Source: Candidatus Omnitrophota bacterium (GTDB lineage Bacteria > Omnitrophota > Gorgyraeia > Zapsychrales > JANLHA01). From it: a stretch of 32,000 bases of DNA. Below the pieces are notes generated by a model. That model worked only from the letters and a program-made list of their open reading frames with translations. It was not told the origin of the DNA and did not search any database. Every line of letters starts with the position of its first letter. Within the stretch, counting starts at the first letter, position 1. Shown piece by piece: positions 7,659-15,976 of this stretch. A program made the translations under genes and the position numbers. The DNA is taken from positions 720,001 to 752,000 of the forward strand of contig OY759724.1 of the NCBI GenBank assembly GCA_963662715.1. Reading direction: 5' to 3'.

Positions 7659-7705
7659 ATAGATCGTTTTCCGGCTCACCTGCGGCATGTCCTGCAATAA
7701 AAAAA

Positions 7706-8383
7706 CTAAGGGAGCCATCTTCTAAGCTGCCGGATCGCTGTTTTATAGCATTGATCCGGAAGAATAAACTCCGCAAAATAAGCCAGCCATTCATAGTGGG
7801 TGTCCACCCACAGTTCCTCCCAAGGCACTTTCGGATTACAGAATTTATACGAATAAGAAGAAAAATTAACAATACTATTAACAGGATAATCCTTCACTAA
7901 TCTCCGCAAACGTTTATTATGCAGGGGCGAGGCAATAAGCGATATGTGCGTCCATTGCCGCTGTTTAACCAAATCCCGGACAACCTGCCAATTTGTCCCC
8001 GAATCATAAGAAAACATATCCACATATATCTTCTCAGCGGGAATACCCTGAGAAATCAAGTAATCTTTGACAATTCGGGACCCGTACAGGTTCTTATTTA
8101 AACGGGCCCCGCCAATACAGGCTATTTCCCGGATCTCTCCGGCGTTATACAAACGCACCGCTTCGTTCGACCGTCTAAGTGTATCAGAACTTAAGAAAGT
8201 ATAGGTCTCATCAAAACCTCTGAAAAAAATTATTCCCACACTCTCCGCGGGCAGCTTCTCTGAAGAATAGGAATCAAAATACGGCTTATGCGTCAGAGCA
8301 ACGGCCAGAACATCCAGGAATGCCAGGATAATCAGGACAAAAAAAACTTTTTTAATTTTTTTCTTCACGTGACCGCCGCACAA
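7706..8383 (-). CDS. DUF218 (YdcF/SanA-like) membrane-anchored protein
   Basis: 225-aa track ORF. The N-terminal anchor is KKKIKKVFFVLIILAFLDVLAVAL. The core IACIGGARLNKNLYGSRIVKDYLISQGIPAEKIYVDMFSYDSGTNW...ISLIASPLHNKRL resembles the DUF218 pattern (GG...G...E...L...G[IV]P...I..E..S.[ND]T..N....[IL]V[TS]S..H..R). The likely true start is GTG at 8368..8366 (MKKKIKK...) rather than TTG at 8383. Confidence 0.6.
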   Translation of the reverse strand: MCGGHVKKKIKKVFFVLIILAFLDVLAVALTHKPYFDSYSSEKLPAESVGIIFFRGFDETYTFLSSDTLRRSNEAVRLYNAGEIREIACIGGARLNKNLYGSRIVKDYLISQGIPAEKIYVDMFSYDSGTNWQVVRDLVKQRQWTHISLIASPLHNKRLRRLVKDYPVNSIVNFSSYSYKFCNPKVPWEELWVDTHYEWLAYFAEFILPDQCYKTAIRQLRRWLP

Positions 8384-8463
8384 GTATTTGCTCTACGACA
8401 ATTTTCGCGTGACCCGATACGTCGTCAGACTCCCGGATCACAAATTTTCTCGCGGACAAAAAA

Positions 8464-8835
8464 CTATTTGTCTTTCAGCACTTCTTCAAATTCCTGCTGC
8501 CACGCCGGATCTACCAGGCAAATAAAAACCAAATCTTCCGTCCCGTTATTTTGGATACACTGTTCTGCCTCCGGAGGGATATAAACAGCACATCCTGCTT
8601 CAACCGGGGCTTTCTCCCCGTTAATATGCATAATGCCCTGTCCCGCTAAAATGTAGTATACTTCTGAAGCGCCTTTCAGGCGATGAGGCAAAGTCGTCTG
8701 AGCAGGGCGGACTACGGCATGGGCCAGGCTGTAACGGCACTGGATATCCGCCTTATCCGGATGAAGAAGCTCTCTTAAAAGACAATGGTCTCCGGCGGTA
8801 AACTCCCGGGACTCTGACAATCTGCGTATCAGCAT
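8464..8835 (-). CDS. Cupin-domain protein
   Basis: 123-aa ORF. LPHRLKGASEVYYILAGQGIMHINGEKAPVEAGCAVYIPPEAEQCIQNNG fits the cupin_2 two-motif beta-barrel pattern. Its start overlaps the upstream transporter's stop by 7 nt. Confidence 0.7.
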   Translation of the reverse strand: MLIRRLSESREFTAGDHCLLRELLHPDKADIQCRYSLAHAVVRPAQTTLPHRLKGASEVYYILAGQGIMHINGEKAPVEAGCAVYIPPEAEQCIQNNGTEDLVFICLVDPAWQQEFEEVLKDK

Positions 8836-10154
8836 TCACACTCGCTTCCGAAGAAAATAACAGTTTGATTTGTATAAAACATCCCTGCGACACAGGCGGT
8901 CAACAAACAAGCAAGTGTGGCCGCCAAGAGTGCCCGCCAGGAAACATCGGCCAACAGGCTCCGTCTTTCATGCGTTAAAGCGGAAATTCCTCCCACGAAA
9001 ATAGCCATGGAGGCCAAGTGGGCAAACCCGCACAGCGCATAAGTCGCAATAACAACAGAACGGGCATGGATAATTTGTCCTGAATTTATTAGCGCGGCCA
9101 AATCCTGATAAGCCACCACTTCGGTGACAACGGCCCGTTCAGCGACAATCCCCGCTATGGGGCCGGCATCCTGCCAAGGAACACCTAAAAGGAGGGTAAA
9201 CGGGAAACACAAATATCCCAGCAGGCTTGCCAGTGACCAATTCAGTTTAAATCCCAGCCAGGGATTGATAACGCTGCCGACTCCCCCAAGAATCACATCT
9301 ATTAAAGCGACCAGTCCTAATACGGCGATTAATAAAGCCACAATTCCAACGATCATCTGAACCCCGGCATTGGCTCCGTTCATAATGGCCTCGAAAAGGG
9401 TTCTTTCCTTCTCATAGTACGGCTGGACACGCACACCTAAGGTCGTTGGCGTTTCCTGTTCCGGGACAAGAAGTTTGGAAATGACAAGTGCGGCCGGGGC
9501 CGAAAGCAAGGAAGCCGAAATCAGATGGGCGGCAATCGTAGGGAACGTGTCTCTTAAGGTCATAACATAAAGGGCCAGGACATTAGAGGATACCGTGGAC
9601 ATGCCCACGGCCAAAATCGTACAAGCCTCGGAACGCGTCATGTCTTTCAGATAAGGTTTAACGGTCAAGGCGGATTCGATTCCGACAAAAATATTGCTGG
9701 CGGCCACAAGGGACTCCATCCCGGAGACCCTCATCAGTTTTGTAAAAACAAAAGCAAACGCCCGGATGATGCGCGGCATGATATTGCAAAAATACAAGAC
9801 AGAAACAAGAGCGGAGAAAAAAATGATCGTGGGGAAGCCCTGAAAAGCCAAAATAAACCCCAAAGAAGATTCCCCGGCCGGTCCGGTTTCTCCCGGGGGA
9901 AAAGCTAATCTTCCAAAAACGAACTTACTTCCTGCCGAAGCGGCTTCAAGCACTTGAATGACAACATCGTTAAGAAAAAGGAAGACCCGTGCCCCGGCCG
10001 GAAGGACAAAAATAAACACGCCCATCAACAGCTGTAATCCCACCCCCCAGAGAACAACCTTACGGTTGATGGAAGAGCGGTTTTCAGATAAAAGCCAGGC
10101 AAAGATTAAAAGAGTCAGGAAACCGGAGAAACTAATCAGGTTATAAATCCCCAT
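8829..10154 (-). CDS. nupC: Concentrative nucleoside transporter, NupC/CNT family
   Basis: 441-aa polytopic membrane ORF. GFILAFQGFPTIIFFSALVSVLYFCNIMP and the C-terminal YALCGFAHLASMAIFVGGI match conserved NupC blocks as I recall them from E. coli NupC (..ALCGFANFSSIGI..). Confidence 0.8.
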   Translation of the reverse strand: MGIYNLISFSGFLTLLIFAWLLSENRSSINRKVVLWGVGLQLLMGVFIFVLPAGARVFLFLNDVVIQVLEAASAGSKFVFGRLAFPPGETGPAGESSLGFILAFQGFPTIIFFSALVSVLYFCNIMPRIIRAFAFVFTKLMRVSGMESLVAASNIFVGIESALTVKPYLKDMTRSEACTILAVGMSTVSSNVLALYVMTLRDTFPTIAAHLISASLLSAPAALVISKLLVPEQETPTTLGVRVQPYYEKERTLFEAIMNGANAGVQMIVGIVALLIAVLGLVALIDVILGGVGSVINPWLGFKLNWSLASLLGYLCFPFTLLLGVPWQDAGPIAGIVAERAVVTEVVAYQDLAALINSGQIIHARSVVIATYALCGFAHLASMAIFVGGISALTHERRSLLADVSWRALLAATLACLLTACVAGMFYTNQTVIFFGSECEC

Positions 10155-10397
10155 GAACGGCCCGTTTGTTCTGGTGTTTTATAAAATTATTTTTAGAATA
10201 TTAATATTACTTCTTTATTAATTATTTTCTATCTTATTGATAGTATTATAATTGAGAGAATGGAATGGTTTTATTTTATTTTACTTTTTTTTATGAAAAC
10301 ATCAACTTCCATATTATTAAAAATCATTTCCGAAAGGAAAAGTGCGGGAGAGCGAGATAGGGAATCTTAAAAAACATGCTCCAAAGACTTAAATGTC

Positions 10398-11693
10398 TCA
10401 AACTTCTCTTAAATACCCCCAGGCGTGCAGCCGGTCGCTGTCATCATACCAACGGTCACCGATATCTTTACGGTAATACATGCTCGGGATGATCACATTG
10501 TTAACCCGGTTGTAGACCTGATTTTGGGCCTGTTTCATCGTCTGTCCTTGTCCGCAGACAACCAAAGCGACCCCGGTATTCCCGGCAATAAGCCACTGCT
10601 GATTGATTCTTTTAACATCTTCAATGTGAATCCCGTCAAGATTTTCTGATTTCTTAAAAAGGATAGCCGCATCTTTCGACTGGGACTGGAAAGTGTTGTC
10701 GTCATTGAAAGGATATGGAGGGGCCACAATCCGCACCCCGATCTGAAATCCCCGGCGGGTTTTAAAAGTGTTAAGGGAACCCTCTGCCAGCTGAAAAAGA
10801 AAATCAGAAATAGGGATGAGGATTCCTTCCTGCTGAATGCTGATCGTCGGATATCCAAAGCGTGATGTGAACTCCAAAGGATAAATCCCTTGAGCGTTAA
10901 CAATACAGTTGATATCGATATATCCGACATAATGTTCTTCCTGAAGCTTTTTTTCCATCTTTTTAAGCGTAGCGTTAAAAATCCTGTTCGCTCCGCTCCA
11001 GTACATAAACGTGCCCATCTCTCCTGTCGAAGGGCCGATATTCCCGGGAAAAAGTTTTTTGTGTTCAAAGTTGATATTAATGGGAAACGCGAATTCTTTT
11101 CCGTTGAAAAAGGCGCCTACGGCAACTTCAACACCGGCCATCCTTTTTTGCAGCTGAAAAATCTTGATTTCATTAAACCAGGCTTTTTTGTAAGCTTCCA
11201 AAACCTGAATAATATCTTTGCCGTCTTCTTCCTGCCCGACAAAAAGCAGGCGTTTGATATTTTGAGCCTCACCGCTGGGTTTGATCACGTAACGGGAAGG
11301 ATTGGCTTTCACGTAGGAAACGGCATCATCAAAAGAAGAAAATTCCATAAAGGGGATAATATTAATACCCGCGGATTTCATCTCCTGTTGCCCAAAGGTC
11401 CGGTCATCCTCCAGCCTGTCTGTATACGGGGTGCCTCCTATAACGTATTTCCCTTTACGTCTAAGATCCTGAGCCAGATGTCCGAACCCGAGGACATCAT
11501 CAAAAACAATCACGTCGGCCCATTCGATATCCCGGGTCCAGTCATCCGTTTTCGGGACAAAACCATCGGCAACATCCTTGGCGGACTCATTCTTAATAAA
11601 ATATTTAACGTCATGTCCTTGATTTACGACCTGCCAGGCAATATCATTGATCAAGGCGTCATAAGAAACAAATAAAAATTTCTTTTTATCCAC
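10398..11693 (-). CDS. PurD-like ATP-grasp ligase (divergent phosphoribosylamine-glycine ligase homologue)
   Basis: 431-aa ORF with a GTG start preceded by GGAGGA. FEHKKLFPGNIGPSTGEMGT parallels PurD DHKR..DGD.GPNTGGMG. GYIDINCIVNAQGIYPLEFTSRFGYP parallels PurD G.LY.GLM.T..GPKVLEFN.RFGDPE. VIKPSGEAQ parallels V[VI]KADGLAAGKG. The N-terminus lacks the canonical GSGGREHA motif. Confidence 0.55.
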   Translation of the reverse strand: MDKKKFLFVSYDALINDIAWQVVNQGHDVKYFIKNESAKDVADGFVPKTDDWTRDIEWADVIVFDDVLGFGHLAQDLRRKGKYVIGGTPYTDRLEDDRTFGQQEMKSAGINIIPFMEFSSFDDAVSYVKANPSRYVIKPSGEAQNIKRLLFVGQEEDGKDIIQVLEAYKKAWFNEIKIFQLQKRMAGVEVAVGAFFNGKEFAFPININFEHKKLFPGNIGPSTGEMGTFMYWSGANRIFNATLKKMEKKLQEEHYVGYIDINCIVNAQGIYPLEFTSRFGYPTISIQQEGILIPISDFLFQLAEGSLNTFKTRRGFQIGVRIVAPPYPFNDDNTFQSQSKDAAILFKKSENLDGIHIEDVKRINQQWLIAGNTGVALVVCGQGQTMKQAQNQVYNRVNNVIIPSMYYRKDIGDRWYDDSDRLHAWGYLREV

Positions 11694-11773
11694 CTGTCTG
11701 CTCCTCCCGCAAAGACCCTATCCGGTCATACCCAAAGCCAGTTCAATAAAATCCACGGGCGCTCCCCTCCCGT

Positions 11774-12868
11774 CTACTCATCTCCGAAACAGGTCCCGAC
11801 AGAACGCGCCGAACGGATAAGCAGATGATTGTTCGAAATAAGCCTCGGGCCAATCGCCACCTCCTGCAGCGGGACATCGATGACCTGCCCTCCTTTGAGG
11901 CCCACCATATATCCGAACTTTTTATTCTGAATCATATCAACGACCTGTGTGCCGAACTGTGTTGCCAGCACCCGGTCGTAGGCACTCGGAGAGCCGCCCC
12001 GCTGCAGGTGTCCCATGACAACGGCCCGCGCCTCCAATCCGGTCATTTTTTCGATCTGGTCCACCAGGACAAAACTGACCCCGCCCAAACGCACCGGCTC
12101 CGAGGCATCTTTCACGATTTTTTTCACAACCACTGCTCCGCCCTTTGGTTTGGCGCCCTCAGCGACAACGATGATACTAAATCGCTTTCCTTTTTTACTT
12201 CTTTCCTTGACCCGGCTGGCAATCACATCTATATCATAAGGGATCTCGGGGATAAGGATAATGTCCCCGCCCCCGGCAATCCCGGCGTACAAAGCAATCC
12301 ATCCAGCTGTCCGCCCCATCACCTCTAAAACCATGACCCGATGGTGGGACTGGGCTGTCGTATGAAGCCGGTCGATACCCTCCGTGGCGATCTCCACCGC
12401 CGTATCAAAACCAAACGTCACTTCCGTTCCCCGGATATCGTTATCGATCGTCTTAGGCACCCCCACGATCGGTATGCCGTCCTCGAATAAATGATGGGCG
12501 ATTTTCAAAGTTCCGTCCCCGCCGATGCAGACAAGACAACACACACCGAGCTCCTTGATAGTCTTTATGACTTTCTTGGAAACATCTTTGGGGGTCGCTG
12601 ACTTGTCTTTGGGATCGATGTATTTATAAGGATTCGCTTTATTAGACGTCCCCAGAATCGTCCCGCCCAAAGTCAGGATACCGGAAACGGCTTGATAGTC
12701 CAAATGACGGTACCGGTGCTTGATCAAACCTTCATAACCGTCTTCAATTCCGATAACCTCGAGCCCAAGATCCAAGATGGCTTTTTTCGTTACGGCCCGG
12801 ATGACCCCGTTTAACCCCGGGCAGTCTCCCCCGCCGGTTAAAACTGCTATTTTCTTTTTCACCGTCAT
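11774..12868 (-). CDS. pfkA: 6-phosphofructokinase (PfkA family)
   Basis: 364-aa ORF containing the hallmark blocks GGGDCPGLNGVIR, CIGGDGT, PKTIDNDI, GFDTA, MGRTAGWIALYAG and GHLQRGG. Confidence 0.92.
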   Translation of the reverse strand: MTVKKKIAVLTGGGDCPGLNGVIRAVTKKAILDLGLEVIGIEDGYEGLIKHRYRHLDYQAVSGILTLGGTILGTSNKANPYKYIDPKDKSATPKDVSKKVIKTIKELGVCCLVCIGGDGTLKIAHHLFEDGIPIVGVPKTIDNDIRGTEVTFGFDTAVEIATEGIDRLHTTAQSHHRVMVLEVMGRTAGWIALYAGIAGGGDIILIPEIPYDIDVIASRVKERSKKGKRFSIIVVAEGAKPKGGAVVVKKIVKDASEPVRLGGVSFVLVDQIEKMTGLEARAVVMGHLQRGGSPSAYDRVLATQFGTQVVDMIQNKKFGYMVGLKGGQVIDVPLQEVAIGPRLISNNHLLIRSARSVGTCFGDE

Positions 12869-13008
12869 AAAACACCTCTTTCTTTTATCAAATCATTCCT
12901 TGTTTTTATTTCTTTATCATTACCGCAAATAACGACAAGAGCCTCGACAGACTCCCTTTCTGTTCCTTTCTCCATCGCGGATATAGCCCCATCATAATAG
13001 AACAATCA

Positions 13009-14802
13009 TCAATCGTCAATGTTTGCTTCCGGGACATCCCTGCCGGACGACAGCATCAGTCGTTGCAGCTTCTGCAGATCTTCTTGAGCTTTAAGAATCT
13101 TTTCGGCCTGCTGATAAACCCTTTGGGCTTCTTGATCCTGACGAAGGATTTTATGAACAAAAATCAAATAACCGAAATCGGAAACTCGCGGAGACTGGAT
13201 CAAGTCTAAATTCTTTTGGAAATATATCAACGCCTGCCGAAACGCTCCCTTCCGGATCATGACTTCCCCTAATCCTTTATACGGCAGATGAAAATACGGG
13301 TACCGCCGGACAGCTCTTCTAAAATAATATTCCGCAACTTGCGGCTCATCCAGCCGGCAATATCCGAGGAAACAAAAAACTCTCGGATCATCCGCGCCCA
13401 AGGCAAGGCTTTTTTCTAACGCCCACCGGGATAACTGACAATTTCCCCGTTTAAACGCCAATATCCCCATTGTCTGGTAACCCGACTTGTCTTCCGGATA
13501 GGCCTTAACCAAGGCCCGTGCCAATACGTCATCGTTTTTCCAGACCGTATTTAAATAATTCAGTTTTAATAAACAGACCGCCACCATTCCTGCTTTCAAA
13601 ATCAACCCCAGCCGCGGGTGACCGGAGGAAAAAGGACTCCTCTTTATCCCGCGGTCTATCAGCAGGCCCAAAGCGGCAAAAAAACCTATCGACGGGACAT
13701 AGAGATATCGGTGAGCCACCGGGTTCACAAGAGGAATACTGTGAGAAACAGGGAAAAAAGCGGCCAGGAACCAAAACAAGAAAAAAGGCAAAGGGCCTTT
13801 TGTCTTTCTCATCTTGATGAGCATCGCCATGATAAGCATATAAAAAGCGCCACCCAGAATCACGCTGACAAACGACAGGGAACTTAAAGGAAGTTTATAA
13901 TCGCCGGGGACCACTTTAACTTTCCAGGGGAAAAGCATCTCCGTGCATTGGAAATAAAAAATCTGTAAAACCTCCTGCAGGTGGATCAGGGGCCGGGCAT
14001 GTATTTTCATCTGACTCAAAGTTGTGTTCGGGAAAACACAAAGATAAACATACAAGTAAAAACAGGAAATGAGGCCGATTCCCATCAGAAAGGGCCGGGA
14101 CCTTCGCAATCTATCCGCCGTCGTCCGCATATAATAAAGATATCCTCCGACAAGCAGCGGGAAGACGAGCGCGGATTCTTTTGTAAATAACGCCAAGAAG
14201 TACATCGCTAAAGAAACACACAAGAGAGGGACGCTCTGCCGGGGCAGATCCCCTCGCCCCCCACAATTACGGCTGGAAAGAACCGCCATTGCCCGTTCAG
14301 CCCGGATAAAACAGAGGAAAGCGGCAAGCAAAAAAAAGCAGGACAGGCTGTCGGCACGATACCCGACCGTGGAAACAACCTCTGCTTTTGTCGGATGAAC
14401 GGCAAACAAGCTGGTCCCGAACAAGGCCGCACTTTGGCTGTGCGACAGAAGCATAATGACAAAATAAACTGAAATGACATTCAGAATATGCAGAAACAGA
14501 TTATGGGCGTGATATCCGAAAGGCGCCAGCGAACACAGCCAGCGCTCAAAAAAAAAGGTCAGGGACAGCACCGGGCGATAAGCGACCGAACCGGAACTAA
14601 AAATAATGGTATTCCCGAACAGAACGTCTTCCCCGCGGGTTAAATACTTGTCGTCGAATAAATGGCGCAGGTGGCCCGGCTGGGCGTAAAAACGGTTATG
14701 AACGATAAAAGAGACTTCGTCACCGACAAATCCGTTAGAGAGGCTATTATGAAAGGCAAGAAATGTTAAAAGAATAAGGAATAAAATTGCTTTTGGCGCC
14801 AT
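13009..14802 (-). CDS. Polytopic membrane protein with C-terminal TPR repeats (TMTC/PMT-like, GT-C-type putative glycosyltransferase)
   Basis: 597-aa ORF. The N-terminal segment NGFVGDEVSFIVHN resembles the F-x-x-DD-x-x-I-x-x-N motif of TMTC/DUF1736-type proteins. About 10 hydrophobic helices follow. The C-terminal 170 aa or so carry TPR-like repeats (AYPEDKSGYQTMGILAFKRGNCQLSRWALEKSLAL..., YFRRAVRRYPYFHLPYKGLGEVMIRKGAFRQALIYFQKNLDL). Confidence 0.55.
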   Translation of the reverse strand: MAPKAILFLILLTFLAFHNSLSNGFVGDEVSFIVHNRFYAQPGHLRHLFDDKYLTRGEDVLFGNTIIFSSGSVAYRPVLSLTFFFERWLCSLAPFGYHAHNLFLHILNVISVYFVIMLLSHSQSAALFGTSLFAVHPTKAEVVSTVGYRADSLSCFFLLAAFLCFIRAERAMAVLSSRNCGGRGDLPRQSVPLLCVSLAMYFLALFTKESALVFPLLVGGYLYYMRTTADRLRRSRPFLMGIGLISCFYLYVYLCVFPNTTLSQMKIHARPLIHLQEVLQIFYFQCTEMLFPWKVKVVPGDYKLPLSSLSFVSVILGGAFYMLIMAMLIKMRKTKGPLPFFLFWFLAAFFPVSHSIPLVNPVAHRYLYVPSIGFFAALGLLIDRGIKRSPFSSGHPRLGLILKAGMVAVCLLKLNYLNTVWKNDDVLARALVKAYPEDKSGYQTMGILAFKRGNCQLSRWALEKSLALGADDPRVFCFLGYCRLDEPQVAEYYFRRAVRRYPYFHLPYKGLGEVMIRKGAFRQALIYFQKNLDLIQSPRVSDFGYLIFVHKILRQDQEAQRVYQQAEKILKAQEDLQKLQRLMLSSGRDVPEANIDD

Positions 14803-14823
14803 AACAATCTTCAGATTTCCGAT

Positions 14824-14844
14824 AAAAAAAGCCCATGCCCGGGC
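14824..14844 (-). terminator. Small GC hairpin plus U7 downstream of the PilZ gene
   Basis: The minus-strand RNA reads GCCC-GGGCAU-GGGC followed by UUUUUUU, 30 nt after the PilZ stop codon. The stem is short (4 bp, all GC). Confidence 0.4.
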
Positions 14845-14874
14845 AAAGCACAGGCCAGGACAGCCCTGTAAAAC

Positions 14875-15264
14875 TTACGCAGGAGAGGCCGCGGGAGCAT
14901 ATTTTCCTTTGCCAAAAAATTCCACTAATTTTTCAGCGTAAAATTTGACAAATTTCCGCTCATCAAATTTTATCGGATCAACAATCTTAACACCTACCCG
15001 GTAAAGCAACGGATAATCCGTCGGCCGGCCTTTTTCCTGTTCAACCCGTACGATTTTCGCATGAAGTTCAATTTTCATATTAATCGGCAGTAAAAGAAAC
15101 ATCAGGAGTTCCTGCCGGATCTGCAGTTCTTCCGTTGTTATAAAAGCCACTCCCGTTCCGCTGATATCCAGCGTTGCCGTGTCGATGAGTTTTTTTCGGG
15201 GGGGAACCCTGAAGCTCATCGGAATTTCAAGTTTCATCCGGTGATATCGTCTTTTATCTGACAT
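14875..15264 (-). CDS. Single-domain PilZ protein (predicted c-di-GMP receptor)
   Basis: 129-aa ORF. It has the N-terminal RRYHR (RxxxR) motif and D-I-S-G-T-G (DxSxxG) about 30 residues later, the two signature c-di-GMP-binding motifs of PilZ domains. Confidence 0.8.
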   Translation of the reverse strand: MSDKRRYHRMKLEIPMSFRVPPRKKLIDTATLDISGTGVAFITTEELQIRQELLMFLLLPINMKIELHAKIVRVEQEKGRPTDYPLLYRVGVKIVDPIKFDERKFVKFYAEKLVEFFGKGKYAPAASPA

Positions 15265-15330
15265 AAAAAAACCTCCTCTTTAAAAAATCCTGGTCAAAAA
15301 ACCCAAAAGTCGGTAGATTCGAATTCTTTC

Positions 15331-15356
15331 CAAAAGGGCCGCAGCGAACAAGGCCC
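15331..15356 (-). terminator. Weak candidate intrinsic terminator downstream of the membrane protein gene
   Basis: The minus-strand RNA reads GGGCC-UUGUUCGCUGC-GGCCC followed by UUUUGG. The stem is 5 bp with an 11-nt loop. Confidence 0.3.
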
Positions 15357-15421
15357 AGCGGGGCGCCATCACATACAATGTTCTTTTACCCGCCATTTTT
15401 CTGTTTCTTCACAGGCCCCTG

Positions 15422-15967
15422 TCAGGCCGCAGGCTTGCTTACGGTCTGACGGTCTTCCTGCTTCATCTGCACGACAATACCAACGGTCGCCAATAACACA
15501 AACAAAATAGGCTGCCAGGACACAACAATCTCACTGGACTCTAAAATAAAAAGAGCGCCGGCTAAGGACGTCAGGGCGATAATAACCGTGTCAAAAAGCA
15601 TAAAAGACAGCGTGCCGCCGATAATCCCCCCGACAAGCAATAAGATGATAAAAGGCACGCTCGGGAATCCGAGAATAATCCAAAGGCTGTTCAGCAAATA
15701 GCCGCCACCAAGGAAACCCGCGTAAACGATGGCCACTTTCTGCATAAAGATCAGGAAAATCACCCCTGCTGCCCCTAAAGCCGTTGCCAGGATAGCCTGA
15801 ACCCAGATGGATTGGTTATAAAAAAATATTGTGCCTAACTGAAGCCCGACATAAAATCCCATCGTACCGATAAAAAGCCAAAACAGCTTTCGCCCCAAAA
15901 ACAGCAGTAAGGAACCGATAGCCAACTGAACTAGTCCTAGCCAGAAGAAATAATTCGTTATCTCCAT
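15422..15967 (-). CDS. Small polytopic membrane protein (about 6 TM helices, Gly-rich); family not recognised
   Basis: 181-aa ORF that is hydrophobic almost throughout, with a short charged C-terminal tail (KQEDRQTVSKPAA). It lies 10 nt downstream of tag on the same strand. Confidence 0.7.
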   Translation of the reverse strand: MEITNYFFWLGLVQLAIGSLLLFLGRKLFWLFIGTMGFYVGLQLGTIFFYNQSIWVQAILATALGAAGVIFLIFMQKVAIVYAGFLGGGYLLNSLWIILGFPSVPFIILLLVGGIIGGTLSFMLFDTVIIALTSLAGALFILESSEIVVSWQPILFVLLATVGIVVQMKQEDRQTVSKPAA

Positions 15968-15976
15968 ATACGACTC

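Noticed and set aside
7379-7900. Track ORFs 7379..7651 (-), 7586..7900 (+) and 7648..7872 (-) in or next to the leader region
   Set aside because: The 90-aa ORF reads through both riboswitch-like copies in two different frames. The duplicated 51 nt encode different peptides in each copy, so the conservation is at the RNA/DNA level. The other two ORFs overlap the DUF218 gene's 3' end out of frame or antisense and have no RBS or motif support.
8384-8463. Imperfect hairpin (GTGATCCG...CGGGTCAC) between the cupin and DUF218 genes as a terminator
   Set aside because: The loop is 16 nt, the stem contains a wobble pair and there is no U-tract. This is not convincing as an intrinsic terminator.
10425-11675. 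Track ORFs 10535..11068 (-, 177 aa), 10890..11675 (+, 261 aa) and 10425..10649 (+) inside the ATP-grasp gene
   Set aside because: They are alternative-frame or antisense ORFs fully nested in a gene with clear family motifs. Their sequences are low-complexity with no recognisable domains. The same reasoning applies to the nested ORFs inside the NHL, NupC, PFK, TPR-membrane, A2M and 1553-aa genes.
15311-15330. tRNA-like T-loop string (GGTAGATTCGAATTC) in the intergenic region
   Set aside because: Only a partial resemblance to GGTTCGAATCC. I could not fold an acceptor stem, D arm or anticodon arm from the flanking sequence on either strand.
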